A DNA stretch of 64,000 nucleotides from Rebecca billardiae RCC1528 (Eukaryota; Protista; Haptophyta): the NCBI GenBank assembly GCA_965240325.2, contig OZ251223.1, positions 1,302,001-1,366,000 on the forward strand. The letters run 5' to 3'. This document shows, in pieces, positions 13,501 through 25,500 of the stretch. The notes below the pieces were generated by a model. That model was not told the origin of the DNA, searched no databases, and was given only the letters and a program-made list of their open reading frames with translations. A program made the position numbers and the translations under genes. Positions within the stretch are counted from its first letter, which is position 1; each line of letters begins with the position of its first letter.

Positions 13501-16500
13501 GGGACGGCGGTGGGCTCGGCGGTGGAGACGGCGGCGGGCTGGGAGGCGGGCTCGGCGGCGGACTCGGCGGCGGGCTGGGCGGCGGGCTGGGCGGGGGCGG
13601 TGATGGCGGTGGCGACGGCGGTGGGCTCGGTGGCGGCGAGGGCGGCGGCGCCGGTGGCGGGCTGGGCGGCGGGCTTGGTGGTGGCGACGGCGGTGGCGAT
13701 GGCGGCGGGGACGGCGGCGGCGACGGTGGGGGCGACGGCGGTGGCGATGGCGGTGGACTGGGCGGTGGGCTGGGCGGTGGGCTGGGGGGCGGCGGCGACG
13801 GCGGCGGGCTGGGCGGTGGGCTCGGCGGCGGGCTGGGCGGCGGCGACGGCGGCGGGCTGGGTGGCGGGCTTGGTGGCGGGCTCGGCGGCGGCGATGGCGG
13901 CGGGCTGGGCGGTGGGCTGGGCGGCGGAGACGGAGGCGGGCTTGGCGGCGGGCTCGGCGGTGGGCTCGGCGGCGGGCTGGGCGGCGGCGGAGATGGCGGC
14001 GGGGACGGTGGTGGTGATGGTGGCGGCGAGGGCGGCGGTGCTGGGGGCGGGCTGGGCGGCGGACTCGGCGGCGGCAACGGCGGCGGCGACGGCGGCGGCG
14101 ACGGCGGTGGGGACGGCGGCGGGCTCGGCGGCGGGCTCGGCGGTGGCGACGGCGGCGGGCTCGGTGGCGGGGTAGGCGGCGGGCTCGGTGGCGGGGAGGG
14201 CGGCGGGCTGGGCGGTGGGCTGGGTGGCGGTGGCGACGGAGGTGGGCTTGGCGGCGGGCTTGGCGGCGGGCTTGGCGGCGGGCTTGGCGGCGGGTTTGGC
14301 GGCGGGCTTGGCGGCGGGGAAGGCGGCGGCGACGGTGGCGGGGACGGCGGCGGGCTCGGCGGCGGAGACGGAGGCGGGCTCGGCGGTGGGCTCGGCGGTG
14401 GACTCGGTGGCGGGCTGGGTGGAGGCGGCGACGGCGGCGGCGACGGTGGTGGTGATGGTGGTGGCGAAGGCGGCGGCGCCGGTGGGGGGCTCGGTGGAGG
14501 ACTGGGCGGCGGGCTCGGCGGCGGAGACGGCGGCGGCGATGGCGGCGGGGACGGCGGCGGGCTCGGAGGCGGGCTCGGCGGCGGGCTCGGTGGGGGGCTC
14601 GGAGGTGGGCTGGGCGGCGGCGGCGATGGCGGAGGGCTGGGCGGTGGGCTCGGCGGCGGGCTCGGCGGCGGCAATGGCGGCGGGCTGGGCGGTGGGCTGG
14701 GCGGTGGTGATGGCGGCGGCGACGGCGGCGGACTCGGCGGCGGGCTGGGCGGTGGGCTTGGCGGCGGAGACGGCGGCGGCGATGGCGGCGGGGACGGCGG
14801 CGGACTCGGCGGCGGGCTGGGCGGCGGGCTCGGCGGTGGGCTCGGCGGCGGGCTGGGCGGAGGTGGCGACGGCGGCGGCGATGGAGGAGGGCTCGGTGGC
14901 GGCGAGGGTGGGGGCACCGGAGGCGGGCTCGGCGGAGGGCTGGGTGGCGGTGACGGTGGCGGCGACGGCGGCGGCGATGGAGGCGGTGACGGCGGCGGGC
15001 TCGGCGGCGGGCTCGGCGGCGGCGAAGGTGGCGGGCTGGGTGGTGGACTGGGTGGCGGCGGCGACGGTGGCGGGCTGGGAGGCGGGCTCGGCGGTGGGCT
15101 TGGCGGTGGCGACGGCGGCGGGCTGGGCGGCGGGGACGGCGGCGGCGACGGCGGCGGCGATGGCGGTGGCGATGGGGGAGGACTCGGCGGCGGACTCGGC
15201 GGCGGAGACGGAGGCGGGCTCGGTGGTGGGCTCGGTGGCGGGCTCGGCGGCGGTGGGGACGGCGGCGGTGATGGCGGTGGTGATGGTGGCGGCGAGGGCG
15301 GCGGCGCCGGGGGCGGGCTCGGCGGCGGGCTGGGCGGCGGTGATGGTGGTGGCGACGGCGGCGGGGATGGCGGTGGCGACGGCGGCGGGCTTGGCGGCGG
15401 GCTGGGCGGTGGCGACGGCGGCGGAGACGGCGGCGGGCTCGGTGGCGGGTTTGGCGGCGGGCTCGGCGGAGGGCTGGGCGGTGGGCTGGGCGGTGGCGGC
15501 GACGGAGGTGGATTTGGCGGCGGGCTCGGCGGCGGGCTCGGCGGAGGCGAAGGCGGCGGGCTGGGCGGCGGACTCGGCGGCGGCGACGGGGGCGGCGACG
15601 GCGGCGGCGATGGCGGAGGGCTCGGTGGCGGGGAGGGCGGCGGGAAAGGCGGCGGGCTGGGCGGCGGGCTGGGCGGCGGACTTGGTGGCGGCGACGGTGG
15701 CGGTGACGGCGGCGGTGACGGCGGCGGACTCGGCGGCGGAGACGGAGGCGGGCTCGGTGGCGGGCTCGGTGGCGGGCTCGGCGGCGGTGGGGACGGCGGC
15801 GGTGATGGCGGTGGTGATGGTGGCGGCGAGGGCGGCGGCGCCGGGGGCGGGCTCGGCGGCGGGCTGGGCGGCGGTGATGGTGGTGGCGACGGCGGCGGGG
15901 ATGGCGGTGGCGACGGCGGCGGGCTTGGCGGCGGGCTGGGCGGTGGCGACGGCGGCGGAGACGGCGGCGGGCTCGGTGGCGGGCTCGGCGGCGGGCTCGG
16001 CGGAGGGCTGGGCGGTGGGCTGGGCGGTGGCGGCGACGGAGGTGGACTTGGCGGCGGGCTCGGCGGCGGGCTCGGCGGAGGCGAAGGCGGCGGGCTGGGC
16101 GGCGGACTCGGCGGCGGCGACGGGGGCGGCGACGGAGGCGGCGATGGCGGAGGGCCCGGTGGCGGGGAGGGCGGCGGGAAAGGCGGCGGGCTGGGCGGCG
16201 GGCTGGGCGGCGGACTTGGTGGCGGTGACGGCGGCGGTGACGGCGGCGGTGACGGCGGCGGACTCGGCGGCGGAGACGGAGGCGGGCTCGGTGGCGGGCT
16301 CGGTGGCGGGCTCGGCGGCGGTGGGGACGGCGGCGGTGATGGCGGTGGTGATGGTGGCGGCGAGGGCGGCGGCGCCGGGGGCGGGCTCGGCGGCGGGCTG
16401 GGCGGCGGTGATGGTGGTGGCGACGGCGGCGGGGATGGCGGTGGCGACGGCGGCGGGCTTGGCGGCGGGCTGGGCGGTGGCGACGGCGGCGGAGACGGCG

Positions 16501-19500
16501 GCGGGGTCGGTGGCGGGCTCGGCGGCGGGCTTGGCGGCGGGCTGGGCGGTGGGCTGGGCGGTGGCGGCGACGGAGGTGGACTTGGCGGCGGGCTCGGCGG
16601 CGGGCTCGGCGGAGGCGAAGGCGGCGGGCTGGGCGGCGGACTCGGCGGCGGCGACGGGGGCGGCGACGGCGGCGGCGATGGCGGAGGGCTCGGTGGCGGG
16701 GAGGGCGGCGGGAAAGGCGGCGGGCTGGGCGGCGGGCTGGGCGGCGGACTTGGTGGCGGCGACGGTGGCGGTGATGGCGGCGGTGACGGCGGCGGGCTCG
16801 GCGGCGGGCTCGGTGGCGGGCTCGGTGGTGGGCTTGGCGGTGGACTTGGCGGAGGTGGCGACGGCGGCGGCGAGGGCGGTGGTGATGGTGGCGGCAAGGG
16901 CGGCGGAGATGGTGGCGGTGACGGTGGTGGTGATGGTGGCGGCGATGGCGGCGGCGCGGGCGGCGGGCTCGGTGGCGGGCTTGGTGGCGGGCTCGGCGGC
17001 GGAGATGGCGGCGGTGACGGCGGCGGTGACGGCGGTGGCGACGGCGGCGGGCTTGGTGGGGGCGATGGCGGAGGGCTGGGCGGTGGGCTGGGCGGCGGCG
17101 GCGACGGCGGCGGGCTGGGAGGCGGGCTCGGCGGCGGGCTTGGCGGCGGCGACGGCGGCGGGCTGGGTGGCGGGCTTGGTGGCGGGCTCGGCGGCGGCGA
17201 TGGTGGCGGGCTGGGCGGTGGGCTGGGGGGCGGAGACGGCGGCGGGCTCGGCGGTGGGCTCGGCGGCGGGCTCGGTGGCGGGCTCGGCGGTGGTGGCGAC
17301 GGCGGTGGCGAAGGTGGTGGCGACGGTGGCGGCGAGGGCGGCGGCGCCGGGGGCGGGCTTGGCGGCGGCGAGGGCGGTGGCGACGGTGGCGGCGAGGGCG
17401 GCGGGGACGGCGGTGGTGACGGTGGAGGCGACGGCGGCGGGCTGGGCGGTGGACTGGGCGGTGGGCTCGGTGGTGGGCTGGGCGGCGGCGGCGACGGAGG
17501 CGGGCTGGGCGGCGGACCCGGTGGCGGGCTGGGCGGCGGCGACGGCGGCGGGCTGGGTGGCGGGCTCGGCGGCGGGCTCGGAGGAGGCGACGGTGGGGGC
17601 GACGGCGGGGGGCTAGGTGGCGGAGACGGCGGGGGGCTCGGCGGCGGGCTCGGCGGCGGGCTCGGCGGCGGGCTCGGAGGAGGCGGCGAGGGCGGCGGAG
17701 ACGGCGGCGGAGACGGTGGCGGCGAGGGCGGCGGGGACGGGGGCGGGCTGGGCGGCGGCGAGGGCGGTGGCGAGGGCGGCGGCGAGGGCGGTGTGGACGG
17801 CGGGGGCGACGGCGGCGGCGACGGCGGCGGCGATGGTGGTGGACTGGGAGGCGGGCTCGGCGGTGGGCTTGGAGGCGGCGGCGAAGGAGGCGGGCTGGGC
17901 GGAGGGCTGGGCGGTGGGCTGGGCGGTGGAGACGGCGGCGGGCTGGGTGGCGGGCTCGGCGGCGGGCTCGGAGGAGGCGACGGTGGGGGCGACGGCGGGG
18001 GGCTAGGTGGCGGAGACGGCGGTGGGCTCGGCGGCGGGCTCGGCGGCGGGCTCGGCGGCGGGCTCGGGGGCGGTGGCGACGGCGGCGGCGACGGTGGTGG
18101 CGAGGGTGGTGGCAAGGGCGGCGGCATCGGCGGCGGGCTGGGAGGCGGCGAGGGTGGTGGCGATGGCGGTGGCGATGGCGGCGGGGACGGCGGCGGCGAG
18201 GGTGGTGGCGAGGGCGGTGGCGATGGCGGCGGGGATGGCGGTGGGGAAGGCGGCGGGCTCGGCGGCGGGCTGGGTGGTGGCGAGGGCGGAGGGCTGGGCG
18301 GTGGGCTGGGCGGCGGCGGCGACGGCGGCGGGCTGGGAGGCGGGCTCGGCGGCGGGCTCGGCGGCGGGCTGGGCGGCGGGCTGGGTGGCGGGCTCGGCGG
18401 CGGGCTCGGCGGTGGCGACGGCGGAGGGCTCGGCGGTGGGCTCGGTGGCGGCGACGGAGGCGGGCTCGGCGGCGGGCTCGGCGGTGGGCTCGGTGGCGGG
18501 CTGGGTGGAGGTGGCGACGGCGGCGGCGATGGTGGTGGTGATGGTGGTGGCGAGGGCGGCGGTGCCGGAGGCGGGCTCGGCGGAGGGCTGGGTGGCGGCG
18601 ACGGCGGCGGAGATGGCGGCGGTGAGGGCGGTGGTGAGGGCGGCGGGCTCGGCGGCGGGCTCGGCGGCGGCGATGGCGGAGGGCTGGGTGGTGGGCTGGG
18701 TGGCGGCGGAGACGGTGGCGGGCTGGGCGGCGGCGACGGCGGCGGGCTGGGCGGTGGCGACGGCGGAGGGCTGGGCGGTGGCGACGGCGGTGGCGACGGC
18801 GGCGGCGATGGCGGAGGGCTGGGCGGTGGGCTCGGCGGTGGACTCGGCGGCGGAGACGGAGGCGGGCTTGGTGGTGGGCTCGGTGGCGGGCTGGGCGGAG
18901 GTGGCGACGGCGGCGGCGACGGTGGTGGTGATGGTGGTGGCGAGGGCGGCGGTGCCGGAGGCGGGCTCGGCGGAGGGCTGGGTGGCGGCGACGGCGGCGG
19001 AGATGGCGGCGGTGACGGCGGTGGTGACGGCGGCGGGCTCGGCGGCGGGCTGGGTGGTGGCGATGGCGGAGGGCTGGGTGGTGGGCTGGGCGGTGGCGGT
19101 GACGGAGGCGGGCTGGGAGGCGGGCTCGGCGGTGGGCTGGGCGGTGGCGACGGCGGTGGGCTGGGCGGCGGCGACGGCGGCGGCGACGGCGGCGGCGATG
19201 GTGGCGGTGATGGGGGTGGGCTCGGCGGCGGGCTCGGCGGCGGGCTCGGCGGCGGGCTCGGCGGCGGGCTCGGCGGTGGGCTCGGCGGCGGTGGGGACGG
19301 CGGCGGTGATGGCGGTGGTGATGGTGGCGGCGAGGGCGGCGGCGCTGGGGGCGGGCTCGGCGGCGGGCTGGGTGGCGGTGATGGCGGTGGTGATGGTGGC
19401 GGGCTCGGCGGCGGGCTGGGTGGTGGCGATGGCGGAGGGCTGGGTGGCGGTGATGGTGGCGGCGACGGCGGCGGGGATGGTGGTGGCGACGGCGGCGGGC

Positions 19501-22500
19501 TTGGCGGAGGGCTGGGCGGTGGGCTGGGTGGCGGCGGCGACGGCGGCGGGCTGGGGGGCGGGCTGGGCGGCGGGCTCGGCGGCGGCGACGGCGGAGGGCT
19601 GGGCGGTGGCGACGGCGGCGGCGAAGGAGGCGGCGTTGGTGGCGGCGATGGCGGAGGGCTCGGTGGCGGGCTGGGCGGCGGGAAAGGTGGCGGGCTGGGC
19701 GGCGGGCTTGGCGGCGGAGACGGAGGCGGGCTCGGTGGCGGGCTTGGTGGTGGGCTTGGCGGAGGGCTGGGCGGAGGTGGCGACGGCGGCGGCGACGGTG
19801 GTGGTGATGGTGGCGGCGAGGGCGGAGGCGCCGGGGGCGGGCTCGGCGGCGGACTCGGTGGCGGTGATGGCGGCGGTGACGGCGGGGGAGATGGTGGTGG
19901 GGACGGCGGCGGGCTTGGCGGAGGGCTGGGCGGTGGCGACGGCGGGGGAGACGGCGGCGGGCTCGGCGGCGGGCTTGGAGGCGGCGAGGGAGGAGGACTG
20001 GGCGGTGGGCTGGGCGGCGGCGGCGACGGCGGCGGGCTGGGCGGCGGGCTCGGCGGCGGGCTCGGCGGTGGTGACGGCGGAGGGCTGGGCGGCGGCGACG
20101 GCGGCGGCGACGGCGGCGGCGACGGTGGTGGGCTCGGCGGAGGGCTCGGCGGTGGGCTCGGCGGCGGCGGCGATGGCGGCGGAGACGGTGGCGGAGACGG
20201 TGGCGGCGAGGGCGGCGGCGCCGGGGGCGGGCTCGGCGGCGGCGAGGGCGGTGGCGACGGTGGCGGCGAGGGCGGCGGGGACGGCGGTGGTGACGGTGGA
20301 GGCGACGGCGGCGGCGATGGCGGTGGATTGGGCGGTGGGCTCGGTGGTGGGCTGGGCGGCGGCGGCGACGGAGGCGGGCTGGGAGGTGGACTAGGCGGCG
20401 GGCTCGGCGGTGGAGACGGAGGCGGGCTGGGTGGCGGGCTTGGCGGCGGGCTTGGCGGAGGCGACGGTGGGGGCGACGGCGGGGGGCTCGGTGGCGGAGA
20501 CGGCGGCGGAGACGGAGGCGGGCTCGGCGGCGGGCTCGGCGGTGGGCTCGGCGGAGGCGGGGAGGGCGGCGGCGACGGTGGTGGCGACGGTGGCGGCGAG
20601 GGTGGCGGCGACGGCGGCGGGGATGGTGGTGGCGACGGCGGCGGGCTTGGTGGAGGGCTCGGCGGTGGCGACGGCGGCGGAGACGGCGGAGGGCTCGGCG
20701 GCGGGCTCGGCGGCGGCGATGGCGGAGGGCTGGGCGGTGGGCTGGGCGGCGGCGGCGACGGAGGCGGGCTGGGAGGCGGGCTCGGTGGCGGGCTCGGCGG
20801 TGGCGACGGCGGTGGACTAGGCGGTGGGCTGGGCGGCGGGCTTGGTGGCGGCGACGGTGGCGGTGACGGAGGCGGGCTTGGTGGCGGACTCGGTGGTGGA
20901 GACGGTGGCGGGCTCGGCGGCGGGCTCGGCGGGGGGCTCGGCGGCGGGGGCGACGGCGGTGGCGACGGTGGTGGCGACGGTGGCGGCGATGGCGGCGGGC
21001 TGGGCGGCGGGCTGGGCGGCGGCGACGGCGGTGGCGACGGTGGCGGCGAGGGCGGCGGGGACGGCGGTGGCGACGGTGGAGGCGACGGCGGCGGGCTTGG
21101 CGGTGGGCTCGGCGGTGGGCTCGGTGGTGGGCTGGGCGGCGGCGGCGAAGGTGGAGGGCTGGGTGGCGGGCTCGGCGGCGGGCTGGGCGGCGGCGACGGA
21201 GGCGGGCTGGGTGGCGGGCTCGGCGGCGGCGACGGTGGCGGCGACGGTGGCGGCGATGGCGGTGGACTCGGTGGTGGGGACGGCGGCGGGCTCGGCGGCG
21301 GGCTTGGCGGCGGGCTCGGCGGCGGGCTCGGGGGCGGTGGCGATGGCGGCGGCGACGGTGGTGGCGACGGTGGCGGCGAGGGCGGCGGCATCGGGGGCGG
21401 GCTGGGAGGCGGCGAGGGTGGTGGCGACGGCGGCGGCGATGGCGGCGGGGACGGCGGCGGCGAGGGCGGTGGCGACGGCGGTGGCGATGGCGGCGGGGAT
21501 GGCGGTGGGGACGGCGGCGGGCTCGGCGGCGGGCTGGGCGGTGGCGAGGGCGGAGGGCTGGGCGGCGGGCTGGGCGGCGGCGGCGACGGAGGCGGGCTGG
21601 GAGGCGGACTCGGCGGCGGGCTGGGCGGCGGAGACGGCGGCGGGCTGGGTGGCAGGCTCGGCGGCGGGCTCGGAGGAGGCGACGGTGGCGGCGATGGCGG
21701 GGGGCTTGGTGGCGGAGACGGCGGCGGGCTCGGCGGTGGGCTCGGCGGCGGGCTCGGCGGTGGGCTCGGCGGCGGTGGCGACGGTGGCGGCGACGGTGGT
21801 GGCGACGGTGGCGGCGAGGGCGGCAGGCTGGGCGGCGGGCTGGGCGGCGGCGACGGCGGTGGCGACGGTGGCGGCGAGGGCGGCGGGGACGGCGGTGGCG
21901 ACGGTGGAGGCGACGGCGGCGGGCTTGGCGGTGGGCTCGGCGGTGGGCTCGGTGGTGGGCTGGGCGGCGGCGGCGAAGGCGGAGGGCTGGGTGGCGGGCT
22001 CGGCGGCGGGCTGGGCGGCGGCGACGGAGGCGGGCTGGGTGGCGGACTCGGCGGCGGCGACGGTGGCGGCGACGGTGGCGGCGATGGCGGTGGACTCGGT
22101 GGTGGGGACGGCGGCGGGCTCGGCGGCGGGCTCGGCGGCGGGCTCGGCGGCGGGCTCGGGGGCGGTGGCGACGGCGGCGGCGACGGTGGTGGCGACGGTG
22201 GCGGCGAGGGCGGCGGCATCGGGGGCGGGCTGGGAGGCGGCGAGGGTGGTGGCGACGGCGGCGGCGATGGCGGCGGGGACGGCGGCGGCGAGGGCGGTGG
22301 CGACGGCGGTGGCGATGGCGGCGGGGATGGCGGTGGGGACGGCGGCGGGCTCGGCGGCGGGCTGGGCGGTGGCGAGGGCGGAGGGCTGGGCGGCGGGCTG
22401 GGCGGCGGCGGCGACGGAGGCGGGCTGGGAGGCGGACTCGGCGGCGGGCTGGGCGGCGGCGACGGCGGCGGGCTGGGTGGCGGGCTCGGCGGCGGGCTCG

Positions 22501-25500
22501 GAGGAGGCGACGGTGGCGGCGATGGCGGGGGGCTTGGTGGCGGAGACGGCGGCGGGCTCGGCGGTGGGCTCGGCGGCGGGCTCGGCGGTGGGCTCGGCGG
22601 CGGTGGCGACGGTGGCGGCGACGGTGGTGGCGACGGTGGCGGCGAGGGCGGCGGGCTGGGCGGCGGGCTGGGCGGCGGCGACGGCGGTGGCGACGGTGGC
22701 GGCGAGGGCGGCGGGGACGGCGGTGGCGACGGTGGAGGCGACGGCGGCGGGCTTGGCGGTGGGCTCGGCGGTGGGCTCGGTGGTGGGCTGGGCGGCGGCG
22801 GCGAAGGCGGAGGGCTGGGTGGCGGGCTCGGCGGCGGGCTGGGCGGCGGCGACGGAGGCGGGCTGGGTGGCGGGCTCGGCGGCGGCGACGGTGGCGGCGA
22901 CGGTGGCGGCGATGGCGGTGGACTCGGTGGTGGGGACGGCGGCGGGCTCGGCGGCGGGCTTGGCGGCGGGGCTCGGCGGCGGGCTCGGGGGCGGTGGCGA
23001 TGGCGGCGGCGACGGTGGTGGCGACGGTGGCGGCGAGGGCGGCGGCATCGGGGGCGGGCTGGGAGGCGGCGAGGGTGGTGGCGACGGCGGCGGCGATGGC
23101 GGCGGGGACGGCGGCGGCGAGGGCGGTGGCGACGGCGGTGGCGATGGCGGCGGGGATGGCGGTGGGGACGGCGGCGGGCTCGGCGGCGGGCTGGGCGGTG
23201 GCGAGGGCGGAGGGCTGGGCGGCGGGCTGGGCGGCGGCGGCGACGGAGGCGGGCTGGGAGGCGGACTCGGCGGCGGGCTGGGCGGCGGCGACGGCGGCGG
23301 GCTGGGTGGCGGGCTCGGCGGCGGGCTCGGAGGAGGCGACGGTGGCGGCGATGGCGGGGGGCTTGGTGGCGGAGACGGCGGCGGGCTCGGCGGTGGGCTC
23401 GGCGGCGGGCTCGGCGGTGGGCTCGGCGGCGGTGGGCGACGGTGGCGGCGACGGTGGTGGCGACGGTGGCGGCGAGGGCGGCGGGCTGGGCGGCGGGCTG
23501 GGCGGCGGCGACGGCGGTGGCGACGGTGGCGGCGAGGGCGGCGGGGACGGCGGTGGCGACGGTGGAGGCGACGGCGGCGGGCTTGGCGGTGGGCTCGGCG
23601 GTGGGCTCGGTGGTGGGCTGGGCGGCGGCGGCGAAGGCGGAGGGCTGGGTGGCGGGCTCGGCGGCGGGCTGGGCGGCGGCGACGGAGGCGGGCTGGGTGG
23701 CGGGCTCGGCGGCGGCGACGGTGGCGGCGACGGTGGCGGCGATGGCGGTGGACTCGGTGGTGGGGACGGCGGCGGGCTCGGCGGCGGGCTTGGCGGCGGG
23801 CTCGGCGGCGGGCTCGGGGGCGGTGGCGATGGCGGCGGCGACGGTGGTGGCGACGGTGGCGGCGAGGGCGGCGGCATCGGGGGCGGGCTGGGAGGCGGCG
23901 AGGGTGGTGGCGACGGCGGCGGCGATGGCGGCGGGGACGGCGGCGGCGAGGGCGGTGGCGACGGCGGTGGCGATGGCGGCGGGGATGGCGGTGGGGACGG
24001 CGGCGGGCTCGGCGGCGGGCTGGGCGGTGGCGAGGGCGGAGGGCTGGGCGGCGGGCTGGGCGGCGGCGGCGACGGAGGCGGGCTGGGAGGCGGACTCGGC
24101 GGCGGGCTGGGCGGCGGCGACGGCGGCGGGCTGGGTGGCGGGCTCGGCGGCGGGCTCGGAGGAGGCGACGGTGGCGGCGATGGCGGGGGGCTTGGTGGCG
24201 GAGACGGCGGCGGGCTCGGCGGTGGGCTCGGCGGCGGGCTCGGCGGTGGGCTCGGCGGCGGTGGCGACGGTGGCGGCGACGGTGGTGGCGACGGTGGCGG
24301 CGAGGGCGGCGGGCTGGGCGGCGGGCTGGGCGGCGGCGACGGCGGTGGCGACGGTGGCGGCGAGGGCGGCGGGGACGGCGGTGGCGACGGTGGAGGCGAC
24401 GGCGGCGGGCTTGGCGGTGGGCTCGGCGGTGGGCTCGGTGGTGGGCTGGGCGGCGGCGGCGAAGGCGGAGGGCTGGGTGGCGGGCTCGGCGGCGGGCTGG
24501 GCGGCGGCGACGGAGGCGGGCTGGGTGGCGGGCTCGGCGGCGGCGACGGTGGCGGCGACGGTGGCGGCGATGGCGGTGGACTCGGTGGTGGGGACGGCGG
24601 CGGGCTCGGCGGCGGGCTTGGCGGCGGGCTCGGCGGCGGGCTCGGGGGCGGTGGCGATGGCGGCGGCGACGGTGGTGGCGACGGTGGCGGCGAGGGCGGC
24701 GGCATCGGGGGCGGGCTGGGAGGCGGCGAGGGTGGTGGCGACGGCGGCGGCGATGGCGGCGGGGACGGCGGCGGCGAGGGCGGTGGCGACGGCGGTGGCG
24801 ATGGCGGCGGGGATGGCGGTGGGGACGGCGGCGGGCTCGGCGGCGGGCTGGGCGGTGGCGAGGGCGGAGGGCTGGGCGGCGGGCTGGGCGGCGGCGGCGA
24901 CGGAGGCGGGCTGGGAGGCGGACTCGGCGGCGGGCTGGGCGGCGGCGACGGCGGCGGGCTGGGTGGCGGGCTCGGCGGCGGGCTCGGAGGAGGCGACGGT
25001 GGCGGCGATGGCGGGGGGCTTGGTGGCGGAGACGGCGGCGGGCTCGGCGGTGGGCTCGGCGGCGGGCTCGGCGGTGGGCTCGGCGGCGGTGGCGACGGTG
25101 GCGGCGACGGTGGTGGCGACGGTGGCGGCGAGGGCGGCGGGCTGGGCGGCGGGCTGGGCGGCGGCGACGGCGGTGGCGACGGTGGCGGCGAGGGCGGCGG
25201 GGACGGCGGTGGCGACGGTGGAGGCGACGGCGGCGGGCTTGGCGGTGGGCTCGGCGGTGGGCTCGGTGGTGGGCTGGGCGGCGGCGGCGAAGGCGGAGGG
25301 CTGGGTGGCGGGCTCGGCGGCGGGCTGGGCGGCGGCGACGGAGGCGGGCTGGGTGGCGGGCTCGGCGGCGGCGACGGTGGCGGCGACGGTGGCGGCGATG
25401 GCGGTGGACTCGGTGGTGGGGACGGCGGCGGGCTCGGCGGCGGGCTCGGCGGCGGGCTCGGCGGCGGGCTCGGGGGCGGTGGCGATGGCGGCGGCGACGG

